Shown: piece by piece, positions 55,454 through 64,000 of the stretch | Layout of the letters: every line of letters begins with the position of its first letter | Numbering within the stretch: the first letter of the stretch is position 1 | DNA from: an uncultured Planctomycetaceae bacterium | GTDB lineage: Bacteria; Planctomycetota; Planctomycetia; Isosphaerales; Isosphaeraceae | Length of the DNA: 64,000 nucleotides | Assembly: GCA_963833985.1 (NCBI GenBank) | Contig: CAWIAD010000002.1 | Span: 3,520,001-3,584,000, forward strand | Reading direction: 5' to 3' | Position numbers and translations under genes: made by a program | Notes under the pieces: generated by a model | The model's input: the letters and a program-made list of their open reading frames with translations, nothing else | Databases searched by the model: none | What the model was told of the DNA's origin: nothing

Positions 55454-56356
55454 TCAGGAGTCATCTTCGTTACATTGGGACTCCCACGCCAGCTTCCGCC
55501 AATCAGGCAGTCCCCGCCTCATCCTCTTGGTCGCTTTCTCCGAATCGAAGATATCGGGATCAAACGATCCCCCTATCCACGTCACAAATTGTTCATGCTG
55601 ATCGTCGCTGGGATCGGTGAGGACGTGCAGGAACTCCTCGTAACTCGAGGTTCCACCCACGTCTTCAGGCGGGCAGGCTCGTTCGCCCTCCACGCAGAGA
55701 GGATACCGCTGACCCGGCTCAACCCGCAGGCAGCCCTCGAAGAGCACCTCGTGCCACCAGGAATCTCCGAAGTCGTATTCATACTCGAAAGAAAAACGCT
55801 CGCCACTCTTCGGGAGGATCTTGCTTACAGTCGCTTCTCTGGAATTGTCGTAGTTCATCTCCACGAAGTTCTCATCCAGAAGCCAGGGGTCTCCGTAAAG
55901 GCTTCCATTGATCTGGAATTGGTGTAGATGGGAGTTGGTCCATCCCATTGCTGTCTGAATACGTTCGTGAAGCTTGTCGAGGGTGCAGTCTCTCACCTGG
56001 ATTCGACGCCAGATTGGAAGCTTGATATCCCTGAGCGTGATCTTGAACTGGTAGATTCGTTCCTTGGCTGGGATCACGCCTATCCCCTGGAAGGTCTCGA
56101 TGGACCTCTCCGTGATGTCGAGGACGTGTCTCAAGGAGGTTCGTTTCATGCCTGAGTCAGCCTGACAGATGGCTGGTGCAACCGTCTTGCAGATCAACTT
56201 CAGTTCGTCAAGCGTCAGTGAAACCATTCTCTGGTTAGGCTCATCGAGTCTCAGGCGTTGAGACAGTGCCGGGAAGATCTCGGCAACGACGATGCGTTGA
56301 GCAAGCGTGAACCTCACGGGGAATTGCCGGTGGTATCCGTTCTTCTCAAACATCAT
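55454..56356 (-). CDS. Plasmid pRiA4b ORF-3 family protein
   Basis: IYQFKITL, IWRRIQV, MGWTNSHLHQF, YEYDFGDSW, GERACPPEDVGG. Confidence 0.9.
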   Translation of the reverse strand: MMFEKNGYHRQFPVRFTLAQRIVVAEIFPALSQRLRLDEPNQRMVSLTLDELKLICKTVAPAICQADSGMKRTSLRHVLDITERSIETFQGIGVIPAKERIYQFKITLRDIKLPIWRRIQVRDCTLDKLHERIQTAMGWTNSHLHQFQINGSLYGDPWLLDENFVEMNYDNSREATVSKILPKSGERFSFEYEYDFGDSWWHEVLFEGCLRVEPGQRYPLCVEGERACPPEDVGGTSSYEEFLHVLTDPSDDQHEQFVTWIGGSFDPDIFDSEKATKRMRRGLPDWRKLAWESQCNEDDS

Positions 56357-56431
56357 GATGCTCCGTGATCGAGCTACGGGAGTTCCCCATTACCGATTCG
56401 ACTGGCGGGCAACCAGCCGTGGCTCCAGCCC

Positions 56432-56896
56432 TCAATCCCTTCGATTGCTCCCCTGCTTGCCCGCCCAGAACGGGCAAAAGGGACAGTCCTCGCCGTCAGG
56501 GAAGTCCTCCCCTTCTTCGTGGGGGCAGCCCATGTTGCCTTCACTCATGGCGATCGATTTGACCCCATGCCTCTCGAAGAACTCATTGATCTCCCGCTGA
56601 ACCTTTGGGCTAGTCGTCACGTCGGTTGCTACCCATCGCTCCAGGAGTGGCTCGGCATTTGGCGACTTGATCACGGCGGCAGCGATCTTGGTCGTAATCG
56701 TGTCGTTGGGACCATAAAGTGCCACGGTACCAATGGGGTATTCTGGGCGCTTTTTCGGCTTGCCATCCAGGTCCGTGAGCTTGGGCGACGGTCGCGGCGA
56801 GTGGTCTTCGACATCCGTCCTTCGACAGCAATTCTTGTACTTCTTTCCACTGCCACAGGGGCAGGGATCATTACGGGAAACTCGCTGATTGTCCAC
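56432..56896 (-). CDS. SEC-C motif protein with C-terminal Cys cluster
   Basis: RNDPCPCGSGKKYKNCC; YGP; GCPHEEGEDFPDGEDCPFCPFW. Confidence 0.75.
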   Translation of the reverse strand: MDNQRVSRNDPCPCGSGKKYKNCCRRTDVEDHSPRPSPKLTDLDGKPKKRPEYPIGTVALYGPNDTITTKIAAAVIKSPNAEPLLERWVATDVTTSPKVQREINEFFERHGVKSIAMSEGNMGCPHEEGEDFPDGEDCPFCPFWAGKQGSNRRD

Positions 56897-56957
56897 GAGA
56901 TTGCTCCGACCACTGCTTGATGTTCTTGTTCGAGGCAGCGTTATCGAACCAGGCAGT

Positions 56958-57737
56958 CTAACGTCTTCCGCAGCACATCTTGAACTTCTTGCCGCTCCCA
57001 CAGGGGCAGGGATCGTTTCTTCCGGGGCGTGCAGCTTCCGATCTCCCTGTCGGTGAGGGGATTTGACCACCTGGTTCTGAATAAGCGACATTTGATGACA
57101 TCCCCGAGGAAAGACAGATTCGGATCACGAGTGCGGCAAGCTCCGCCTCCTTGAACGGGGAGATTTGCTTGAAGTCGAAGGTCTCCGGTGTCTGATTCAT
57201 CCGCCTCAGTTCGTCGAGGATTCTCCTCGCCGCCGCTGGATTGACGGGTAGAGCCGCTCCACCGGTTGTCAAGAAGCCCTCCATCGGGATGATCCGGGAC
57301 GCCAAGATCAAGTGTCGCTGAGCGGTGTTCCCGAATCCAACGTCCACAACGAATCCGGTCTCTTTCCGCAGGAGATCCTGAACGCTGATGCCGACCCCTC
57401 TCTCCACGTCCGTGATCTGGAAAAGAGAGTAGTATGCCCCGGTCATCGCCCGCAGAACAGACATCTCAACTGAATCGGCGGGCGGTGGCGACTTCTCCAG
57501 ATGCCGTGCCACCAGGTTGCACCCATCAGGATCGGGGTTGTAGAGGCAATAATCCATGAGAATGGACATTTCAGCCTCGGAACCAAAGACCAGAGTCCCC
57601 TTACGGAAGATTCCGAGCTTACGCCCGCAGTCCTCCAGAGTCTTCTTCGGAATCGTGCCGACGAGGAGATTGTTGAGTCGGAAACGAACGTCCCGGATTT
57701 GCCTGTATCTGTCGAGTAGATCTGAGTGAGTCGTCAT
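56958..57737 (-). CDS. SEC-C motif domain protein
   Basis: C-terminal GRNDPCPCGSGKKFKMCCG. Confidence 0.85.
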   Translation of the reverse strand: MTTHSDLLDRYRQIRDVRFRLNNLLVGTIPKKTLEDCGRKLGIFRKGTLVFGSEAEMSILMDYCLYNPDPDGCNLVARHLEKSPPPADSVEMSVLRAMTGAYYSLFQITDVERGVGISVQDLLRKETGFVVDVGFGNTAQRHLILASRIIPMEGFLTTGGAALPVNPAAARRILDELRRMNQTPETFDFKQISPFKEAELAALVIRICLSSGMSSNVAYSEPGGQIPSPTGRSEAARPGRNDPCPCGSGKKFKMCCGRR

Positions 57738-58349
57738 CTCGCGAGACCTCTCAGTGATCCTCCCCGAGTTTCCTGTTCACCTCGTCCACCGAGAACTTCT
57801 CCGGGTCAAACTTGCCACCTACCCATTCCAGCATGTCCTCGTGGCTCTCGTGATTTGGGTCAGCAATCGCCTCAAGGAACTCGGCATAACTCCAGACTCC
57901 TCCACAGTCCTCGGGTGGACACGCTCGTTCACCCTCAATGCAGCGGGGATACTTGACCTGCGGCTCTGGCTCCAGGGTTTTCTCCAGAACGATCTCGTGC
58001 TGCCAGGAATCCCCGAAGTCGTACTCGTATGTGAATCGTGTTTTCCGCCCCATCCTGACAACCTGGCTAATTGAAGTCCCTTCCTCGTCATGCATTTCCT
58101 CGTCCCACAGCATGTCCTCGGGACCGAGGGTTCCATAGTAATCGCCCCTGATGATGAACTGGTGCAGATGGCAATCCTCCCAGCCCATGACCACCTGAAG
58201 GACTTGATGAAGTTCGCCCAGTGTGCAATCCCGCACTTGACTCCGTCGCCATATTGGCGGATTGCTATCCTTGAGCACGACCTTGAATTGATAGATGGCA
58301 CCGGGCTTGGTAACCGCTTGGCGTTTCTCTTTCAGTTCCTTCTCTTCAA

Positions 58350-60593
58350 CCTACTTTCCGCACATCTCGCCTTGACTATCTCCTAATTTCCGTGTGCCGT
58401 CTTTCGGCCTGTCAGGCTCAAATCTCGTAGGCTTTGGGTATCCCCAGCAGGCGCAGGATCCTCTTCTGGAGCCGAGTTAACTCTGTGCTGAACACCTCAA
58501 GAGGGCGTTTCCCAGCCTTCAGGGAATGCTCTTGAACGTCCTCGTACAGGTCGATCACTTTTCGAGCCGTCGGGCGTCGGCAGGCCCGACCTTCGGAATA
58601 CAGTGGCAGGCTCTCGATTCCCGCTCGTTCCATCGCGCGGCGGAGTTCTCGCTCCAACAGCGCCTCGACCAGCAACACGAAGAAGTACACGCAGAGCAAG
58701 GCCTGAATCCGACTCACCTCCTTCAGGTACATAGGCGCTACCACGAAGTCAGTCTTCAGGTGCTCGAACCGTCGTTCGATGGCCGGTTGCTGTTTGTAGG
58801 CCAAGAGCAGATCCTGCTCCGTCATCTTCGATTCGTTGCTCACCAGCGGGAAAATGCCATCACAGCGGGCCTCCTCATCCAGTCGCTCCAACTCAATCCG
58901 ATGCTTCAACGAGTAACGGAGCTTCTCCTCTCGGACGTACCGCGTGTCCTGTCCAGGCCGGCCGCGTCGCTCCTGGCGGAACTTTTCGGTGACCTGCTCC
59001 TCGATCTCGACCGAGATCCACTCGGTGACCTCACAGTCTCGGAGCAGCTCCTCGACCGCCTCGGCGACCTTGGCTCGACTGCGGTACCGGGTTCGGGACG
59101 AGGCGAGCTTGGCACGCAGTTCGTCCAGTCGTTTCAACGCCTTCTCCAGCCGGGTCAGCCGTACCTCCGCATCCAACTCGGCCTTGCGTGTGCTGTGATA
59201 CCAGATCAGCCGGTAACCCTCGGTGGTCTGGCTCGCAGGTTTGCAGATCGAGAAGCGGTCGGTCAACTGTCCCTTGTCGTCGTACTTGTCGTGGGTCCAT
59301 CGCCACTGGATCTCTCCCCGGAGTACGGCGCCGCGGAAGGCACCGTCCTCACTGCGAGTTCGCGGCAGCACGCTGAGGAACCGACCGCCGCGCTGATGCA
59401 GATAGGCCATGTTCTCGGTGGTGGCCAGCTTGCAGTCGGCGATGTAGAGAAAGTCTCGGCGTCCGGTCAGTTGACAGAGCAACTCCCAGGTCTCCTGGTG
59501 AGAGCGGTCGTCGGTGGCGTTGCCGCTCTCGACGCGAAAGTGCACCGGGACGGCACCGTCGCCGGTCACGGTGAGGATGTAGAGTAGCTGCTTGAGGTCG
59601 GGGCGGTGGTCTTTGTTATGACCCCAGGTCACCGCCAACCGCAATTGTCCCCGCAGGGTTCGCTCCGCCTCCGCCGACTCGTAGTCACCGTGGAAAGTGA
59701 TGGTGGTCGAGTCGTTGTGTAACTGGTCGAGGCTGACGTCGAATTCGCGTACGGCATGGGCCGCGACCTTCAGGGCCAACCCCGAGAGATTGGCGTCGAA
59801 GAGACGGTCGAGGGCCCGGCCAACTCGATCGTCGTTCATTGCGGCGACTTGGACATCGGACAACCCGAACAGTTTCGGCTCATGGCGGGCCACCCACTCA
59901 CCGACACCATAGAGTGGCTCACGCGAGATCAGCAGGTTGCGCAGCAGGACGAGCAAGGCCGTGGCCGTGGGGACCCGAGTGCGGCCGTCCTCATGGGGCA
60001 GGTGGTCGCAGAGAAACTCGCGAAGGCGGAGCCGACTCAGGAAGTGTTCCAGGATGGGCACGGCGGCAATCCGCCGCGTGTTGAGCGTGCGCTTGCGTCC
60101 CTTCGAGCGTGCCGTCTCGCCGGGTTGGCGCGGTCGTTGAGGTTCGTTCATGCGGATCATCTCCGGAGGGTTTGCAGCGAGTTGGCCGGTGTCCGCCGCC
60201 GGGCCTTCCAGGGCCGTGAGGGGAGCAGGCCGACCGCCGCAGGGCTTGCCGCAATGATGGCGGAGGAGATCGGGACGTCAAGGACAAAAAATCTTGTGAT
60301 TCACTTATGACAATTTGCCTTGACGTAAGTTGTGAGCCGCTCAACTTACGCTCATAGCCCGTGTCACAAGTCGTCGCGGCGAGAATCGCGGCGCGCGGCT
60401 GGACATTGCCAAGTCATAAGACAAGGCGAAGAATGGCTCGAGTTCAGGAACGGTCCGGTTGGCGAACCATCTGAACCGAACAAGGTCCCCGTGCCGATCG
60501 ACTTGTAGATGTTTACCGACCCTGGGGCCGCGTCTGAGAAGATGGCCTCAGGTCGAATTCGGGGAAATCAAAGGGAGATGTGCGGAAAGTAGG
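58350..60593 (-). mobile_element. IS1634-family insertion sequence
   Basis: Perfect 19-bp IR CCTACTTTCCGCACATCTC; 6-bp TSD CTTCAA at 58344-58349 and 60594-60599. Confidence 0.95.
58418..60160 (-). CDS. IS1634 transposase (intact)
   Basis: NDDRVGRALD, HNDSTT, GHNKDHRPDLKQ, YIADCKL, YKQQPAIERRF. Confidence 0.93.
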   Translation of the reverse strand: MIRMNEPQRPRQPGETARSKGRKRTLNTRRIAAVPILEHFLSRLRLREFLCDHLPHEDGRTRVPTATALLVLLRNLLISREPLYGVGEWVARHEPKLFGLSDVQVAAMNDDRVGRALDRLFDANLSGLALKVAAHAVREFDVSLDQLHNDSTTITFHGDYESAEAERTLRGQLRLAVTWGHNKDHRPDLKQLLYILTVTGDGAVPVHFRVESGNATDDRSHQETWELLCQLTGRRDFLYIADCKLATTENMAYLHQRGGRFLSVLPRTRSEDGAFRGAVLRGEIQWRWTHDKYDDKGQLTDRFSICKPASQTTEGYRLIWYHSTRKAELDAEVRLTRLEKALKRLDELRAKLASSRTRYRSRAKVAEAVEELLRDCEVTEWISVEIEEQVTEKFRQERRGRPGQDTRYVREEKLRYSLKHRIELERLDEEARCDGIFPLVSNESKMTEQDLLLAYKQQPAIERRFEHLKTDFVVAPMYLKEVSRIQALLCVYFFVLLVEALLERELRRAMERAGIESLPLYSEGRACRRPTARKVIDLYEDVQEHSLKAGKRPLEVFSTELTRLQKRILRLLGIPKAYEI

Positions 60594-60894
60594 CTTCAAT
60601 GTCAGCCAAGAGGTCGAATATTTTGTCAACGACAGCGTTCAGCCGCTTCCGGTCAGAAGGTGTGGCGAAGTCAAGCGAAAGGTCGATCTCGCCGAGCATC
60701 TGATCCAGTTCTTTTTTGGTGAACTCGACGAATCGCTGGTCCTTGGATGACTTCTTGATCCTGGTCTTCAGCACCATCGCAAGCCGAGTTGCACCGATCA
60801 GCGAGTCCCTCTGCTTCACGGTCAACTTGAGCGGGTACATCTCGTCTGGTTGCTTCCCCTTCTTGGCTGGCATGAGTGGTTCTCCATCAGCCGA

Positions 60895-61368
60895 TCACGA
60901 GGGCGGCATCCTTATCTCAATCCCGTAGCTCGGAGCCGTCTCAAGGAGCTTTTGGATGTCCTCGGGCGTCGGAGTCACGGGTTCGGTTTCCCCTTCAATC
61001 GCCTCCCGACCCACTTCCAGGAAGAAGTCCTCAAGTCCCGCAGGCGTCACCACGATCAACATCCTTGCGGGGTTCGCTCCGGTGTTCTTGAAGAAGTGCA
61101 GAGAGCCCCTGGCGAGCGTCACCCAGGCTCCAGGAGTCGCGGTGAAACTGCGATCCTCGGCATGGAACTGGAGTTCCCCCTCAAGAACGTAGAATGCCTC
61201 ATCCTCCCGGCTGTGGATATGCGGCGGGGGACCACCGCCAGGCGGCACGATTGCTTCCATCATGGCGAATGCCCCGCTCGTGTCATTCCCGCTGCACTTT
61301 ATGGTGTAACGGTCGCCGACAACCCAGATCGACCGACCCTCACCCGCAACCATGACTCCGTTGTTCAT
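60895..61368 (-). CDS. Cupin protein (quercetin dioxygenase-like)
   Basis: PPPHIHSREDEAFYVLEG...GSLHFF. Confidence 0.88.
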   Translation of the reverse strand: MNNGVMVAGEGRSIWVVGDRYTIKCSGNDTSGAFAMMEAIVPPGGGPPPHIHSREDEAFYVLEGELQFHAEDRSFTATPGAWVTLARGSLHFFKNTGANPARMLIVVTPAGLEDFFLEVGREAIEGETEPVTPTPEDIQKLLETAPSYGIEIRMPPS

Positions 61369-61516
61369 CGAGGCGATCCCCCTGATCAATTTGCCTGCTC
61401 GTGTAACCTGAAGAAATCCGTGTGCGAGCCAGGCTGCGATTGTCTCCTTCCCTGTCCTCTGGGTCAAATGAGGGGTATCCTTGGGAGAGACCTGCATCCT
61501 GATCTGAGCCAAGACC

Positions 61517-62242
61517 ATGCCCACTCAATCCCAACAACCTGAGAATCTGCGTGACTCAGTGATCGACCGCTTCCGCAAGGTTGCCACGGCACCGGAGCAA
61601 GAGAGGAAGTTCCCGGTCGGTCCCGAGAGTGCCAAGAAGCTGGGTTACGAGCCTGCTGAGGTCGATGCCCTCCCATCCGCCGCGATCGAATCCTTCTGTG
61701 GAGTCGGCAATCCGTTCTCAATGGGCGATCCTCAGCCCGGTCAGACCGTCCTCGATCTTGGCTGCGGGGCGGGCTTTGACACCCTCTTGGCAGCACGGCG
61801 AGTTGGCTTTACAGGGAAGGTTATCGGCGTAAATATGACTCCCGATATGATCACCAAAGCCAGGCACAATGCCTCTCTGCTCGGGATGTCGAACGTGTGT
61901 TTCATCGAGGGAGAAATTGAAAACCTACCGCTACCTGATGTCTCAGTTGATCTCGTGATCTCCAACGGCGTCTTAAACCTCTGCCCGAACAAACCGAGGG
62001 TACTGAGTGAGGTCTTCCGGGTGCTCAAGTCGGGTGGTCGGCTCCAGATGGCAGATATCCTTCTGGAGCCACACGTCACGCCCGAGGAGGTGGCATCCAA
62101 GGGCTCGTGGTCCGACTGAATCGCCGGGGCGGTGTGGGAGCGGTCGCTCCTGGGAATGTTGGGTGAAGTGGGATTCGCGGACGGGAAGATTCACGGCTGG
62201 ACCGAGTATCGAACCTCGTCATGTACTCAGGGGCGCTGCTGA
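61517..62242 (+). CDS. arsM: Arsenite methyltransferase-like selenoprotein (UGA at 62117 read as Sec)
   Basis: SFCGVGNP, LDLGCGAGFD, ISNGVLNL, then WSD-UGA-IAGA with the frame open for 40 more codons; SECIS-like hairpin at 62137-62150. Confidence 0.8.
62137..62150 (+). promoter_or_regulatory. Putative bacterial SECIS hairpin
   Basis: GGAGC-GGTC-GCTCC; G-initiated loop starts 22 nt after the UGA. Confidence 0.65.
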
Positions 62243-62302
62243 CGGCGTGCCGGATAAAGCATGCATAAACGATCGTGTCTCTGAGAACCGAGAGATAAGC
62301 GA

Positions 62303-62812
62303 ATGACCGAACGCAACTTCACCCTCTCTCACTATTTCCAGACGACGAGGCTGCTTTGCGCAGAAGACGATTTGGATCTAAAGTGCGGAGCGAAAATCCG
62401 GCTCATCAGTGAGAAAGAATCGAGAGACTTGGCGGAAAAGGTGCGGAAGAGGAACGTGTTTGCCCGCCATTCTTGGGAGAATAGTTTCTACTTGGAGAGG
62501 ATCTCCGCGCTATCAAACCGTACGGTCATCGAAGTCGCCAGACCGGGCGATCCTGATGAGATGATCAAGGCTGCACAGCTTGTCGCCGACGCCGCAGAGA
62601 GAGTTGCTCTGCTTTGTGCCTCACTCGTGACACCCAGGAAGAACCTTCATCGTCTTCTCTCGATCGGACCCTACAGACATGCCGAGCTAGACATCACCAT
62701 AGGTCGAGAATGCTACTACCTGAGATCAAAATCACGCCAGAAGGGTGAGATTAGGGGAATTCCTCTGGACTCAGCATTCCGCAAGCGATTCCATCGGTGT
62801 AACTTCCCGGTC
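62303..62812 (+). pseudogene. Hypothetical protein truncated by IS701
   Basis: The ORF runs into the IS701 end; the last ~20 codons are IS sequence. Confidence 0.55.
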
Positions 62813-62821
62813 TTACTATTT

Positions 62822-64000
62822 CTACTGTATCTCTACGTTCGTAGTTGGTTCTTCAAAGGGGGTAAGAGTTTGCGTGAGTAATGCTGGAAGAATCGGGCGA
62901 GCTCGTTGCGTTCCAACCAACGTGTGGTGCACCGGGAGAGCTTCTCGGGGCTGTTGACGTTGAGACGTTCCTCGATGATCCCTGCGATCAGTTGCCGCAA
63001 CCGCGGTGACGTCAATGCCGGTGTCTGTATTTTTTCCCCGCCGCGTCTCCTGATTCAGGAACCACGCGGCCACGAGCGACAAGGTTTGATGGTGATGCCA
63101 GGCGATCCAGTTCCGCACCTGGTAATCGGCCAGGCCCGCCTCCCCTTTGCCCCGCTCCAGGCACTCCTCGATCCGATGCGCCAGTTTGGCCACCCGGCCA
63201 AATTCGATCAACGGAGTTTCGGCTTTACTATTTGATAAATAATAATCATGTTTAACAGTTCCATCGGCCTGTTGCTCACGCGTGATGAAGAGGACCTCCT
63301 CGAAACCTGCACGATTGCCCGGTCCTCGAGATTGGACTGCGCCGCTTGATCGCGTCGACCACCAAAGGTCCCTTCTCGCCATCACGGACGTCGAGCCTCG
63401 TCCACGCCGATTCCGGCAGGGCCGCACGCCAATGATCCACACGCATGAAAGGAGCCTTGGGGGGTTGACCCCGCCCCCCATATTCCGGTGGCGGTGCCTC
63501 CAGATCGCGGATCGTCGTGTTCGACGGAACCGCCAACAGATACTGCTCCCCCCGCTCCCTCAACGCCTGGCGAAAACTCGCGGGACGGCCCATTTCATCG
63601 TCCCCCGCCACCCACGCGTGTGGCAGCAACCCACCTTGCTCATCCAGCATCGCCAGGGCCAATTGATGGCGCGTCTGGAACTTGATGGACTTGGGGACGC
63701 CAGCCTTGTTCCGGCGGTCGCGATCCTTGGCCCATTCCTTGGGCAAGTAAAGCCTTACATTGGTAATCGTATGCTCTTTTTTAGACGCATAAGCCATGTA
63801 GACGCCAACCTGACAGTTCTCAACCTTCCCCAGCCGGCCGCACCACTGCCGCGCGACGCCCACCGACATAGTCCCTTTCTTGGGGAAGCCCGAAGGGTCG
63901 AAGATAATCACCCCATCCTTCTCGCCCAGTTGCTCGCCGACCTGCTGCGCCAGGATCGTGAGCAGGGGTTGATGATCCCATGGCACGTGCCCGATGAACT
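62822..64000 (-). mobile_element. IS701-family transposase (partial at window end; frame break ~63340)
   Basis: FDPSGFPKKG..SVGVARQWCGRLGKVENCQVGV, WVAGDDEMG, HRIEECLERGKGEAGLADYQVR. Confidence 0.9.

Larger units (their letters stand above)
57751..60873 (-). pseudogene. pRiA4b ORF-3 family gene interrupted by IS1634
   Basis: MPAKKGK...LADIE joins EKELKEKRQAVTKPGAIYQFKVVLKD...YEYDFGD...CPPEDCGG in frame after removing the IS and one TSD. Confidence 0.88.

Noticed and set aside
62237..62242. Second Sec (TGC-TGA) in the ArsM-like gene
   Set aside because: Only four codons follow and there is no convincing SECIS; a lost G in the preceding run explains it better.

Overview
GC-rich bacterial DNA that looks planctomycete (Isosphaeraceae-like). 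This is inferred from two ECF-sigma/Ser-Thr-kinase pairs, WD40 proteins, a multiheme-TPR protein and DUF1080 domains. From 1 to 41 kb the window is mostly chromosomal. It holds a tRNA-Sec (selC), a small ParB-like gene pair, and a three-gene class V lanthipeptide-like RiPP locus made of a large precursor, an APH-type kinase and an unusual HopA1(lyase)-LanC(cyclase) fusion. It also holds ECF/kinase-WD40 signalling genes, NfnAB, SDR/AraC, a decayed IS4 sitting in a palindrome, an acyltransferase, a TPR protein with an orphan DNA methyltransferase, a broken HEPN gene, a heptaheme-TPR protein and a GH67/enolase/ExuT uronate operon. At 41.4 kb a 3' fragment of tRNA-Ala(GGC) marks an att site. Beyond it lies a visibly less GC-rich island containing an integrase-like gene split by IS630, a DDE/AAA transposon, IS1634, IS701, methyltransferases, a pRiA4b-ORF3/SEC-C cluster and an ArsM-like gene with an in-frame UGA plus a SECIS-like hairpin (probable selenoprotein). 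Many otherwise intact genes carry single frameshifts, which suggests long-read indel errors. All calls come from reading motifs by eye; no searches were run.
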